A DNA stretch of 62,928 nucleotides, the filler included. It is 7 parts of 7 records of this genome, joined end to end, with 100 filler letters (N's around TTAATTAATTAA, not from the genome) between each part and the next. Parts side by side here need not be neighbours in the genome. Positions count along the whole stretch, not along the records: positions 1 to 10,872 come from SRR31147125_12253; 6 more parts are not named here. One strand, written 5' to 3'. How positions within the stretch are numbered: the stretch's first letter is position 1; every line of letters starts with the position of its first letter. The position numbers and the translations under genes were made by a program. Shown here in pieces: positions 1 to 9,959 of this stretch. The notes under the pieces are model-generated. The model worked only from the letters and a program-made list of their open reading frames with translations. It had not been told where the DNA came from and ran no database searches.

Positions 1-72
1 GAATTTCTTCTATAAAATTATAAAAAGCCACCTTGGTAGATGGCAATAATGGGTGATTTTAGTATGTTTGTT

Positions 73-1601
73 TTAGTAATCGATGATATCTTCATCAAAA
101 AAACCAGATTGTTTAAAGTATTGTAAAGGAAAGGAATCATCTTTAACCCATTTGAAAGCAATAGACTTTAATTGCTTTGCGGTAATTAAGCATATTGGTG
201 TATCGTTTTCCATTGAATATTTTTTTGATTCTTTTACTGAATTATCTGTGAAAGAAGGCGCTATAACCAAAAAGCTAGCTACAGATTTTTCAGATCCTTT
301 TATATATCTATCAAATTGCTTTATGTGGTCTAAAAGATTGACACTTGTTTCTTTTGATTTGTTGTCCCAAAAAATCAACCTATCATTAATTGATAAAATA
401 CCATCAGGGTGCTCTGTACCTTTTAAAACTAGAGGTTTGTGCTTAAGGTATTTTTCGAAAATATAATTAGTGGCCGATTCGAAATGCCTTTCGCATTCAA
501 TATCTTTTGTTATGATACCTTGATTTCTTAAGTCTTGTAGCTTTCTACTTGCCAATTCATCAAAATATTCAAAATAAATACTTCTGGTATCTTCTAGTGA
601 ATTGATATCAGGTTTTTTGCGCAATCCATCATAATATTCAATGATTCTATCTGCTAGCTCTTTCTTTTGACCACTTACCATCAAACCTAACTCTTGGCAC
701 CACCTTGACAGTGTTTGTGTGTCTAAACCATCGCGAGAATTAAAACCGAGTAAAAGTTTGTATGCATCAAGGCTAGATACAACAAGATTTTGTAGCTCGG
801 GCAAAGTAAGGCTAGAAGAATGGTTGATATTGCCTTTATTTAATATTTCACTTAAATATTTCTTATTACTTATGTGTTTATTTTTGATTAACTCGCCATA
901 GCCATATTTACGTATACTTACACCCCATATTTTGCGTAAAGTTAGTGCTATCTCTGTTGGAATCAAATCGTAATCATTGCCTTTTGAATCCCTGATTGAA
1001 AAACCAGTCCTATTTTTTGCAAGTAGTGTCTAACGCTATTAATCTCTTTTTTGATGTGGATTTGATTATCCAGTTGTGGGAATTTACCAATATCGGCTTC
1101 TATTACATCGGATTCATAATTAGAAATTCTTAAACGCTCTCTTAGTTTTTCAATTAAATTACGCTCGTCCTTAGACAGGGAGTTGTTTGATTCCCATGCG
1201 ACGTTCAAAACAAACTTGTATAATTTAAGATTCTCAGTTGGAATTGTGCTATTGGATATGATGTCTTGTGCTGATTGGCGGTTTATTTCTTGCTCATAAT
1301 TAATTACTTCGATTTCAGTATCATCATGAAGGCTCATAAAATCATCGCTGTTAAGCAAGATAGTTTTAATAATAATCATGCCAATTACGCTTATATTGTT
1401 ATTTTCATTATAAAGTATTTCATTTAAGCTGTTTTCTACATTCTTACAGTCATAGTATTGTGCGTTTACTTTTCTTATCGCATCTTTTGTTTCGTCAACT
1501 GAAAGCCTGCTGTAATCAACTACATAAGCGCTTGCAATTCTTTTGATTTCTAAGCTTGTACTAATAAGACTAATTGCATCGTTAATTTTCAAAATAACCA
1601 C
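73..1601 (-). CDS. Putative nuclease (~510 aa): helical N-terminus, SAP-like DNA-binding motif and C-terminal FokI-like PD-(D/E)XK domain; split by a 1-nt homopolymer deletion
   Basis: ORFs 963..1601 and 73..966 join (GLVFSIRDSKGNDYDLIPTEIAL) if one base is added to the A5 run at 999-1003. SAP-like motif LSRWCQELGLMVSGQKKELADRI; nuclease motifs HPDG..WDNK and QFDRYI. Start may be TTG at 1592. Confidence 0.65.
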
Positions 1602-1615
1602 CTACCTTTTTGTTA

Positions 1616-1643
1616 ATTATACCAAATCCACCCAAATATTCAA
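1616..1643 (-). promoter_or_regulatory. Putative sigma-A promoter of the nuclease gene
   Basis: Minus strand TTGAAT-N16-TATAAT, with a TG extension before the -10. Confidence 0.5.
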
Positions 1644-2129
1644 TAGTTATTAATAAAAAGCTATTTATAGCACGAAAGATTTCAGAGCTTCTGCTCTTCG
1701 AGGCAATGACCAAAAAGAAAATATGGATATAATCTATTTGGCTGTGCATGAAAAAGCAGTATTGGTTTAAACATTCTATTCTGCTTGCTAACCATTGGAT
1801 TTAGCTCTTAGATCAAAATGTTCTGTTTCAGAAAATACTCCCCTTTTATACAACTGCTCCATTTCTTCTATTTTTTTGCATCCAACAAAATAAGCTCCTA
1901 ATATAATTGCTTTTTACGTATCCTGCATTATAAAAAGCAAGTATAACTTCTATTTTTTCATTAGGTTTTCTATCAGAATCAGTACATAGTTTTTAAAGTA
2001 AAGCTTTATCGTTTTACTTATAAAAGTTTTGGTTTGGTCGATAGAGGGCTTTTTATTTTACAAATTTTATCTTTTTTAGTTGCTACATTTCTATTTAACT
2101 TTATAAACATTCAATAATAAATAAAAAAA

Positions 2130-2172
2130 TGTGATATGATTCACAGAAATACATTATCGGATATATTATGAT
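2130..2172 (+). promoter_or_regulatory. Perfect CRP-type box with a class II promoter -10
   Basis: TGTGA-TATGAT-TCACA at 2130-2145; TATGAT at 2167-2172 places the box centre at about -41.5. Confidence 0.75.
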
Positions 2173-2204
2173 GAATCAGAAATATCGTCAAGGAAGGTGA
2201 AACT

Positions 2205-2936
2205 ATGGTTTTAAATAATGAAACATTCTCAATAAAACATCATGCATTGTTATTTAGCATAATCGCTAAACAAAGCAAAATAGCACTAGGTGATAAGGTG
2301 GATGAGACCTTGAAAAATGCGGTTATCAGATATGCATTAGGTAGAGGTGAAAGAATGGGTAAGCGTGCTTTAAAAGATGGCAATGAACTCAACACGTTTA
2401 ATTATTTGCTTTATGGCGAATGGGATAGCTCACAAGAATTGGAGATGGATACTGATTTTATGGCAAAAGAAGCTACGATGAATGTGAAAAAATGTCCATG
2501 GTTTTCAATCTGGGAAGAAGCAGGGCATATTGAGTATGGGAAGATTTATTGTGATTATATAGATTCTACGTTAGCAAAAGGCTTTGGTGGGGATGTTGTA
2601 TTGGATGTAGAAAACACAAGAACTAGTGGAGCTGAAACTTGTGACTTTTTCTTTAGAGGTAAATCCTTTCAAGAAAAGGAATTATATGAGCTTGTTACAA
2701 AGAAGAAAATTCTACAAAACAAAGCGATGAAAGATTGGGAATACCATACTGCTCATCTTTATTTTGCAATGAAAGAAGAACTGATAAAAGAGCATCATGA
2801 AGTAGGGGAGCAAATATTAGAAAAATCACACATAGAGTATTCGAGAGAATTTTCAACGCAAGCAGTTGAAACGATACTTGGATATAGTGATACAGATTTT
2901 AGTTCGGTTAGCGACTATGAGGCAATGAAAAAATAA
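2205..2936 (+). CDS. L-2-amino-thiazoline-4-carboxylate hydrolase family (V4R/H-NOX-like fold) protein
   Basis: RGERMGKRAL..NYLLYGEW, CPW, YCDYID and CDF motifs; SD GGAAGGTG. Confidence 0.75.
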   Translation: MVLNNETFSIKHHALLFSIIAKQSKIALGDKVDETLKNAVIRYALGRGERMGKRALKDGNELNTFNYLLYGEWDSSQELEMDTDFMAKEATMNVKKCPWFSIWEEAGHIEYGKIYCDYIDSTLAKGFGGDVVLDVENTRTSGAETCDFFFRGKSFQEKELYELVTKKKILQNKAMKDWEYHTAHLYFAMKEELIKEHHEVGEQILEKSHIEYSREFSTQAVETILGYSDTDFSSVSDYEAMKK

Positions 2937-2956
2937 AGTTGTCACAGGGGATTGGT

Positions 2957-4120
2957 ATGAAACAAATTTCAGAATATAGAAATGAATTGATAAAAATACG
3001 CAGGCATATTCATATGAACCCTGAATTGTCGTTTAGGGAATATGAAACATCAAAATATGTAACTGAGTATTTAGATAACTTGGGTGTTGCATATAAGAAA
3101 GTTGCAGAAACTGGTGTAATAGCTGAAATAGATAGTGGTATAGAAGGAAAGACAATAGCGTTTAGGTGCGATATGGATGCACTATCCATAAATGAAGTAA
3201 CAGATGTAAGTTTTAAGTCCCGAAATGATGGTGTAATGCATGCATGTGGACACGATGCACATATGGCGATTTTACTGATAACTGTAAAATATATAGTAGA
3301 AAATATAAAAGAATTTTGTGGTAAGATCATCTTTGTTTTTCAACATGCCGAAGAATTACCGCCTGGTGGCGCAGTAGATTTTATCGAATCTCAATTGCTG
3401 GATGGTGTTGAGTATATGTATGGCTTGCATGTCAATGCATATGGAGAAAGTGGAACTATTGTTACTGCATCAGGGACTATACTTAGTTCTGTGGACAAGT
3501 TTAGTGTAGAAATAATAGGAAAAGGAGGTCATGTAGCAATGCCTCATATGACTGTCGATCCTATTATGATTACATCGCAAATTATTAACAATCTTCAATC
3601 GGTGATAAGTAGAAATATGGATCCGCTTGAGTCACTTATATTGTCTGTTGGTTATATTAACGGCGGTAAAGACTTTAATGTTATACCTGAGAAAGTGACA
3701 TTTGGAGGGACAGTCCGAGCACTCTCTTCTGAAACTAGGGATATGGCAGAAAAAAGATTTTATGAGATTGTTACATCAACTGCGAAGATGAATGGCGCTG
3801 TATCAAATATAACATACGATAGAGGATATCCTGTACTAACTAATGATGCCGAAGCAGTGGAATATGTTAAAAAAGCTGTACAAGTGCATGTTTCAGAAAA
3901 GTCATTCTCTAGTATAGATAGACCGATTATGGCCGCAGAAGATTTTGCTTCATATACCCAAAAGTACAAGAGTTGTTTTTCGTTTTTAGGAACATGTACT
4001 AAAGATAGACCTCAGTTTCCTACTCATAATCCTAAGTTTGACTTGGATGAAGATGCGCTTATCAATGGAGTGAAACTATTTGTTGGCTTATTTTTAGATC
4101 ATAATACGGTAAAAGAATAA
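2957..4120 (+). CDS. M20D family amidohydrolase (hippurate hydrolase/ACY1-like)
   Basis: HMNPELSFRE, RCDMDAL, MHACGHD, FQHAEE, GKGGH, AEDF and HNPKF motifs; ATG at 2957 follows SD AGGGGA. Confidence 0.92.
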   Translation: MKQISEYRNELIKIRRHIHMNPELSFREYETSKYVTEYLDNLGVAYKKVAETGVIAEIDSGIEGKTIAFRCDMDALSINEVTDVSFKSRNDGVMHACGHDAHMAILLITVKYIVENIKEFCGKIIFVFQHAEELPPGGAVDFIESQLLDGVEYMYGLHVNAYGESGTIVTASGTILSSVDKFSVEIIGKGGHVAMPHMTVDPIMITSQIINNLQSVISRNMDPLESLILSVGYINGGKDFNVIPEKVTFGGTVRALSSETRDMAEKRFYEIVTSTAKMNGAVSNITYDRGYPVLTNDAEAVEYVKKAVQVHVSEKSFSSIDRPIMAAEDFASYTQKYKSCFSFLGTCTKDRPQFPTHNPKFDLDEDALINGVKLFVGLFLDHNTVKE

Positions 4121-4130
4121 GGAGAACTAT

Positions 4131-5945
4131 ATGCCTAAACATATAAGCAAAATCATTTATACAGACGTGTTAGTGATTGGTGGAGGTGGCGCTGGAATTA
4201 CAGCTGCAGTTGCTGCTTCTAGACAAGGCGCTAATGTTGCGATAGTTTCAAAGGGTAAGATTGGCAATAGTGGAAATACTATCATGATTGGTGGAACTTA
4301 TTCAATGGACGGTCAAAGTGCATATGAGGAATATGGATTTGATGAAGCTGATAAGAACTTTACTAAAAAGGATCTATATGAATCGATTGTAAAAGATTCA
4401 TTTTATCTTAGTGATCAAAATATTGTAAAGCAGTTTGTTGAGGATAGCCCCAAAATTGTTGCAGAAGTAGCAGGATGGGTTGAAGAAGCTGGACAAAAAG
4501 CAATGTTTTTTCCTCCTGCAATGTGGTTTTTATCTGGTAGAGCTCTTGGGAAAGGTCTGTATCATGGATTGAAATCTGAAAGCAATATTACTGAAATTAA
4601 TGACGTAATCATAGTTGATTTGATAAAAGATAAGGATAATGTCGTTGGAGCTATTGGCTTAGACGTCTATAGTGGAGATATAGTTAAATTTGTTTCTAAG
4701 TCAGTTGTGATTGCAACAGGTGGTTTTCAACCACACAAATTGAAGAATACAAATTCGGATATGACTGGAGACGGGATTGCAATGGCATATCGTGCTGGTT
4801 GTGAAATATCTGATATGGAGTTTTTACTGTTCTTGATTACTGCATTGGAACCGCATGAAATGAAGGGGTCAATTTTTTCAATGATTGCAGTGGCCATTTC
4901 TGATGATTATAATGAGTGTTTCTTTAGCGATAAAAATGGAGACAAGATTGAAATCCCAGATGATATGATGCAAATACTTAAATCTAGTGAACTTTGCAAA
5001 TTGATACATCTTTACTACTTCGGAAAAGCCATTTTTCATGGCCGAGGAACAAAAAACGATGGAATCTATTTTGATTTTAGTGACTTTACAAATGAAAGAA
5101 TTGAAGCTATATTTGATAACTTAGAGATCACTGATTACCTATATAAAAAGGGGTTCTATCATGGCGATGATTTAATGGAATACAAAAAAATTCTGTTGGA
5201 AAATAAAAAAATAGAAACTGGACTTGGTAATGAGTATACAGTTGGCGGCATCGTTATAAACGAGAATATGGAAACTAATATAAAAGGTGTTTATGCTGGC
5301 GGAGAATGTGCAAGTGGATGCTTTGGTTCGAACAGAGTTGCCGATGCCACCGTTGAGATGCTGACTCAAGGCTATAAGGCTGGCGAAAACGCAGCTAAAT
5401 ATGCTGAATCTCAAAACTTTATAAAAAATGACAATCTAGGTATTGATATTGCAAAAGAGATCTTAAGTTATCTTGATAATAAAGAAGGCATTTCGGCCAA
5501 AGATGCAAATTTAGAAATCGAAAGAATATCTGGATATGGAATATCTTATGTTAGAACAGAAGAGCTCTTAACTAAGGCGATTGAAGAATATGAGATACTT
5601 GAAAAAAAACTATCAAATGTGACTTTGAAATCAAACGCTCGAAGATATAACTTTGAATGGATACAAGCTATACAAGCTAAGAATAGACTTTTCTGCGCAA
5701 AAGCGGCTACAATTATGGCTAAAGAAAGAAAAGAAAGTAGGGGCTTGCATCTTAGAGAGGATTATCCTCTAGTGGATAATGAAAACTACCTTCAAAGAAC
5801 GATTGCCTCACAAAAAAATGGCAAAATATCGTTAAGATTTAGACCACCTATAGAGGTTGATATTCCTTTACCAGAAAAAGAGAAAATAGATTTTATAAAA
5901 TTCATCATTAAAGAGGATATGGGGCTTGAGAATATTGATATTTAG
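4131..5945 (+). CDS. FAD-dependent oxidoreductase of the SdhA/FrdA/NadB/AprA superfamily, paralog 1; substrate probably not succinate/fumarate
   Basis: DVLVIGGGGAG, IATGG, TGDG, YAGGE, NR and ERKESRGLH motifs; covalent-FAD His and dicarboxylate-binding His residues absent. Confidence 0.88.
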   Translation: MPKHISKIIYTDVLVIGGGGAGITAAVAASRQGANVAIVSKGKIGNSGNTIMIGGTYSMDGQSAYEEYGFDEADKNFTKKDLYESIVKDSFYLSDQNIVKQFVEDSPKIVAEVAGWVEEAGQKAMFFPPAMWFLSGRALGKGLYHGLKSESNITEINDVIIVDLIKDKDNVVGAIGLDVYSGDIVKFVSKSVVIATGGFQPHKLKNTNSDMTGDGIAMAYRAGCEISDMEFLLFLITALEPHEMKGSIFSMIAVAISDDYNECFFSDKNGDKIEIPDDMMQILKSSELCKLIHLYYFGKAIFHGRGTKNDGIYFDFSDFTNERIEAIFDNLEITDYLYKKGFYHGDDLMEYKKILLENKKIETGLGNEYTVGGIVINENMETNIKGVYAGGECASGCFGSNRVADATVEMLTQGYKAGENAAKYAESQNFIKNDNLGIDIAKEILSYLDNKEGISAKDANLEIERISGYGISYVRTEELLTKAIEEYEILEKKLSNVTLKSNARRYNFEWIQAIQAKNRLFCAKAATIMAKERKESRGLHLREDYPLVDNENYLQRTIASQKNGKISLRFRPPIEVDIPLPEKEKIDFIKFIIKEDMGLENIDI

Positions 5946-5985
5946 TATTTAAGCTGTATTAATGTGATTATCCAAGGAGGAAATA

Positions 5986-6287
5986 ATGGTTGTTAAAGTA
6001 TTAAGAGGAGAAAATGGTGTTTCATGCGGTTTTGATACATATGAAGTTCCAATTACAAAAGAAGATAGATATACCGCACTTGATATCCTTCAACATATAT
6101 ACAACAATTTTGATAGTTCATTAGCTTTTTTAGTCATAGCGTTTGCAATCATGGAATTTGCGGCAGATGTGCAATTAAAATTAACGGCAAAGTAAGACTA
6201 TCCTGTACATATTTAGTAACAGAGGATGAACTTGTGCTAGAACCTAAAAATAATAGTGTTGTTAGAGATTTAGTAACAAACCCGTAA
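5986..6287 (+). CDS. Small [2Fe-2S] protein like the SdhB/FrdB N-terminal domain (~100 aa); frameshifted
   Basis: Adding one T to the T6 run at 6126-6131 gives LAFFSHSVCNHGICGRCAIKINGKVRLSC..VVRDLVTNP*, paralogous to 8151..8429. Confidence 0.85.
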
Positions 6288-6353
6288 AGATTAGAAGTTA
6301 TATAGCCTAATTAAGGGGTAAGTATTGAAAAAATTATGAGGGAGGTAAACTAT

Positions 6354-8141
6354 ATGAGAGTAGATGAAAGAATGACGACCGATGTACTTGTTATAGGCGG
6401 TTCAGGAGCTGCATTGATGAGTGCTATATCTGCCAAGAAAAATGGAGCTAAAGTTCTTATGGTTTCGAAAGGGAAGGTTGGCAGGAGTGGAAACGCAATA
6501 ATGATTGGTGGAGGATTTGGTATTGATGGTATAAGTGCTCAAAATCTTTGTGATGAAGAAGCTGATACAAATTATACAAAAGAATCCGTATATAACAAAT
6601 TACAGGTTAGCGGATTTGGACTTGCTGATCAAAAATTGTGCAGGAAATTTGTAGATGTTTCGCCAAATGCAGTTCAAGAATTTTTCAGCTGGGAGAAAAA
6701 TAAAAAGCGCAACTACATTTATAATAAGTATTCCCATATGTGGATAACTGCTGGTAAAGTGTTTGGAAATACGCTTAAAAGCGGATCGAACTTATACAAA
6801 GATATTGATACTTTAGAAGACTGCATTTGTGTGGATTTATTAAAATCTGGCGATGAGGTTTGTGGTGCAATTGTAGTTAATATCTATACTGGAGATATTA
6901 TAAAAGTTAGTGCAAAAAGCGTTATTATGGCTACTGGTGGTTTTCAACCTTTTTCATTAAAAAATTCAATATCAGATATGACAGGTGATGGAATTGCAAT
7001 GGCTTTAAGAGCTGGCGCAAGAGCTAAGGACATGGAATTTTTGCTTTTTATTCCAACTATTGTTAAACCGGACAGATTCAAAGGATCAATCTTACCGTAT
7101 CTGTTTACAATGCCAGGTTTTTTAGAGGCAAAAGTAAAAATAACCGATTTAGATGGTGATCTTATCGAAATTGAAGATAAGTATAAATCTATTCCGCCTA
7201 ATAATAAGATGGCTAAATTGGTTTACGCCTATACATACGGCAAGAGAATGTTTGAAAAGTCGGATAAGCACGGACTTCAGATGTATTATGATTTTTCTGA
7301 TAACACAGAAGAATACTTAAGAGAAGCATTTGTTGATTTAGCAAACAAGTTTAGCGCTTGGCATAAAAAGGGCCATTATAATGGGTTAGACCTTGCTGAT
7401 GTTGCAGAATATATCATACAAAACGATATGAAACTTGAAGTTGGACTCGGAAATGAATACTCTATGGGCGGAATAATAATTGACGATAAAATGAAAACGG
7501 ATGTTAAAGGACTTTATGCGGCAGGCGAAGTAACTGCTGGGCTGTTTGGAGCCTTTAGAAGTGCAGATGGTTTAGTTGAAATGTTGGCAAATGGTGTAAT
7601 TGCTGGGGAGAGCGCAGTTGAAAATATAAAAAGCATACCTAAATGCCTTGAGGCTGATAATGAGGATGAGATTTTAGATGACCTGCTTAATGTGTTTGAT
7701 CAACAAGATGGTGAAAATCCATTAGTCAGATTGAAGGAAATTGAAGCAAATAATGATTATGGATTTAACTTCTTTAGGACAGGTGACAGATTGAACAAAT
7801 CTAAAAAAGTCCTTGATGAATTAATCCATAAGCCTATGTCAGTTAGTTATAAAGGTAGAGAATATAATAACGAATGGATAACTAGTATACTGGCAAAAAA
7901 TTTATCTTTAGTATCAAAACTAGGTATAGAGGCGGCAATTTTAAGGACTGAGTCGAGGGGCACACATATGAGGTACGATTGTCCAATAGTTGACAGTGAA
8001 AATCAAACGCACAATATAGTATTTTGGCTTGAAAATGGTGAGGTTAAGCAGGATTTTGAAAAACCAGTTGTGGTTGATTTTGATTTGCCAACTACAAATC
8101 ATGATTGCCTACTGGATTATATATTGGACAGTGTTAAGTAG
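6354..8141 (+). CDS. FAD-dependent oxidoreductase of the SdhA/FrdA/NadB/AprA superfamily, paralog 2
   Basis: DVLVIGGSGA, MATGG, SDMTGDG, GLGNEYSMGG, YAAGE and RTESRGTH motifs; ATG at 6354 follows SD GGAGGT. Confidence 0.88.
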   Translation: MRVDERMTTDVLVIGGSGAALMSAISAKKNGAKVLMVSKGKVGRSGNAIMIGGGFGIDGISAQNLCDEEADTNYTKESVYNKLQVSGFGLADQKLCRKFVDVSPNAVQEFFSWEKNKKRNYIYNKYSHMWITAGKVFGNTLKSGSNLYKDIDTLEDCICVDLLKSGDEVCGAIVVNIYTGDIIKVSAKSVIMATGGFQPFSLKNSISDMTGDGIAMALRAGARAKDMEFLLFIPTIVKPDRFKGSILPYLFTMPGFLEAKVKITDLDGDLIEIEDKYKSIPPNNKMAKLVYAYTYGKRMFEKSDKHGLQMYYDFSDNTEEYLREAFVDLANKFSAWHKKGHYNGLDLADVAEYIIQNDMKLEVGLGNEYSMGGIIIDDKMKTDVKGLYAAGEVTAGLFGAFRSADGLVEMLANGVIAGESAVENIKSIPKCLEADNEDEILDDLLNVFDQQDGENPLVRLKEIEANNDYGFNFFRTGDRLNKSKKVLDELIHKPMSVSYKGREYNNEWITSILAKNLSLVSKLGIEAAILRTESRGTHMRYDCPIVDSENQTHNIVFWLENGEVKQDFEKPVVVDFDLPTTNHDCLLDYILDSVK

Positions 8142-8150
8142 GAGGAAATT

Positions 8151-8429
8151 ATGATTATAAAGGTCTTAAGAGAAAATGGGATTCAAAGTTATGAAATTAG
8201 TATTGATAAAGATAAAACAATAATGCAAGCTCTTGAGCATATTACGCTTACTCAAGATCCGTCGCTAGCATATTATTCGCACAGTGTTTGCAATCAAGGA
8301 ATATGTGCTAGATGTTTAATTAAAGCAAATGGCAAGGCGGTATATATGTGTTTAGAAAAAGTTGGAGATAAAGATCTTCTGTTAGAACCAGTAAACGACA
8401 GAGTAGTAAGAGACTTAGTAGTGAAATAA
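8151..8429 (+). CDS. Small [2Fe-2S] protein like the SdhB/FrdB N-terminal domain (92 aa)
   Basis: QDPSLAYYSHSVCNQGICARC..NG..C..VVRDLVV; no 4Fe-4S/3Fe-4S domain. Confidence 0.88.
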   Translation: MIIKVLRENGIQSYEISIDKDKTIMQALEHITLTQDPSLAYYSHSVCNQGICARCLIKANGKAVYMCLEKVGDKDLLLEPVNDRVVRDLVVK

Positions 8430-8447
8430 ATTAAAGGAGATTTGGGG

Positions 8448-9782
8448 ATGGAAAACATGGATAAATCAACGAAATTAACATTAGGCAAAAAGATCAAATA
8501 TAGCGCTACAGAAACTGGGCTATTGATGTTGGGGATTACACTTTCAACGCAGTTGATGTTCTTCTTAACGGATATAGTTGGTATTGCGGCAGCAACTGTA
8601 GGGACTATGTTCTTACTAACTAGAATATGGGATGCCATTAATGACATTATTATGGGTGTTATAGTGGATAAATATAATTCTAAAATGGGGAAATACAGAC
8701 CTTACATACTTTTTGGAGGCATAGCTGTTGCACTTGCAATCATTTTAAACTTTAGTGCTCCCAACTTGTCCTACGCTGGAAAAGTAGTATATATGTATCT
8801 TGTGTATATACTCTATGGAATGGCGTATACAGTAGTGTTTATACCTTATACGACAATGATGATAAATATTACTAACACTGATAGTGATAGAACTTCATTA
8901 TCCTCTATGAAGGGCGCTTTTCAAATGGGCGGAGTGCTTATTGCATCAATGCTTACAGTTCCTTTAGTAACAAAATTTGGCGGTGGCGAACTTAGTGCTA
9001 CAGGTTATCAAATGGCTGCTATTATATTTGCTGTTGCAGCGCTTACATTGATGAGTATAACTTTCTTTGGAGTCAAAGAAAATAAGGAAAAATACAATGA
9101 TACATCTGATGTGAAATACGACTTTAAGACAATTAAAAGAGTAGTGCTTACAAATAAGCCATTGATGTTAGTTATGGCTATATACTTCTTGATATATTTT
9201 AGAATCTATCTTAATAATTTATCTGCTACATATTTCTTTGTGTGGAGATTAGGCCGCCCTGAACTTATTGGACCGTATCTAGGAATTGCTACGGGTGCTA
9301 CGATATTAACTGCTTTTGTAGCTCCTAAATTGAGTATGAAATTTGGTAAAAAAACATTTATATCTGTTTCTGTAATTCTTGCGGCTGTTGGTTACTTAGG
9401 AATGTTTGCAGCAAGAACAGGTAATATAGGATTGCTTTTAGGATCAGCTACATTCTGCGGTCTTACTGGCGGAGTACCTTCACTATTAATATGGGCATAT
9501 GTTGCCGAAGTAGCAGATTATACAGCAAATAAGGAAGGGAAACGTTTTGATGGTATGATTTACGCCGCTGTAAGCTTTTTTAACAAACTAGCTGCCGGAC
9601 TATCAGGATGGTTTTCAGGGATTATCTTAACTTTTTACGGCTATATAGCAAACCAGCCACAAACTGAAACTGCGTTATTTGGTATAGATATGGTGTTTTT
9701 AATAGTTCCAGCTATCTGTATGATTTTAATCATTGTTCCGGTTGTCTTATATAAAGCTAACACTTCTAAAAATCAATTATAG
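8448..9782 (+). CDS. MFS glycoside-pentoside-hexuronide (MelB/UidB-like) cation symporter
   Basis: RIWDAIND, GKYRPY and ADY..G motifs; about 12 hydrophobic segments. Confidence 0.9.
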   Translation: MENMDKSTKLTLGKKIKYSATETGLLMLGITLSTQLMFFLTDIVGIAAATVGTMFLLTRIWDAINDIIMGVIVDKYNSKMGKYRPYILFGGIAVALAIILNFSAPNLSYAGKVVYMYLVYILYGMAYTVVFIPYTTMMINITNTDSDRTSLSSMKGAFQMGGVLIASMLTVPLVTKFGGGELSATGYQMAAIIFAVAALTLMSITFFGVKENKEKYNDTSDVKYDFKTIKRVVLTNKPLMLVMAIYFLIYFRIYLNNLSATYFFVWRLGRPELIGPYLGIATGATILTAFVAPKLSMKFGKKTFISVSVILAAVGYLGMFAARTGNIGLLLGSATFCGLTGGVPSLLIWAYVAEVADYTANKEGKRFDGMIYAAVSFFNKLAAGLSGWFSGIILTFYGYIANQPQTETALFGIDMVFLIVPAICMILIIVPVVLYKANTSKNQL

Positions 9783-9902
9783 TAATCAAAGAATGAATAT
9801 TGTAATAAGGTGAATGAAATGAAGAGTCTTTCATAGAAGTGATTAAAAAAATATAATGAATTGCGCAGTGAAAGACTTTTTATATGCATAAATTCCGCAT
9901 AA

Positions 9903-9931
9903 TTGACCACCAATCTTCACAATGGTATAAT
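9903..9931 (+). promoter_or_regulatory. Sigma-A promoter of the Crp/Fnr regulator gene
   Basis: TTGACC-N17-TATAAT with extended -10 TG. Confidence 0.7.
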
Positions 9932-9959
9932 TTAATTAAATAATACTTAGGAGAAGAGA

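Noticed and set aside
1660-1930. Short ORF-like remnants between the nuclease gene and the operon
   Set aside because: Interrupted by stops with no recognisable motif; cannot be assigned
5963-5978. Second CRP site inside the operon
   Set aside because: Only a TGTGA half-site; the second half is AAGGA, part of an SD
4131-8429. Annotation as sdhAB/frdAB, nadB or aprAB
   Set aside because: Key His/Arg residues are missing, the Fe-S partners lack the dicluster domain, and there is no anchor or pathway context
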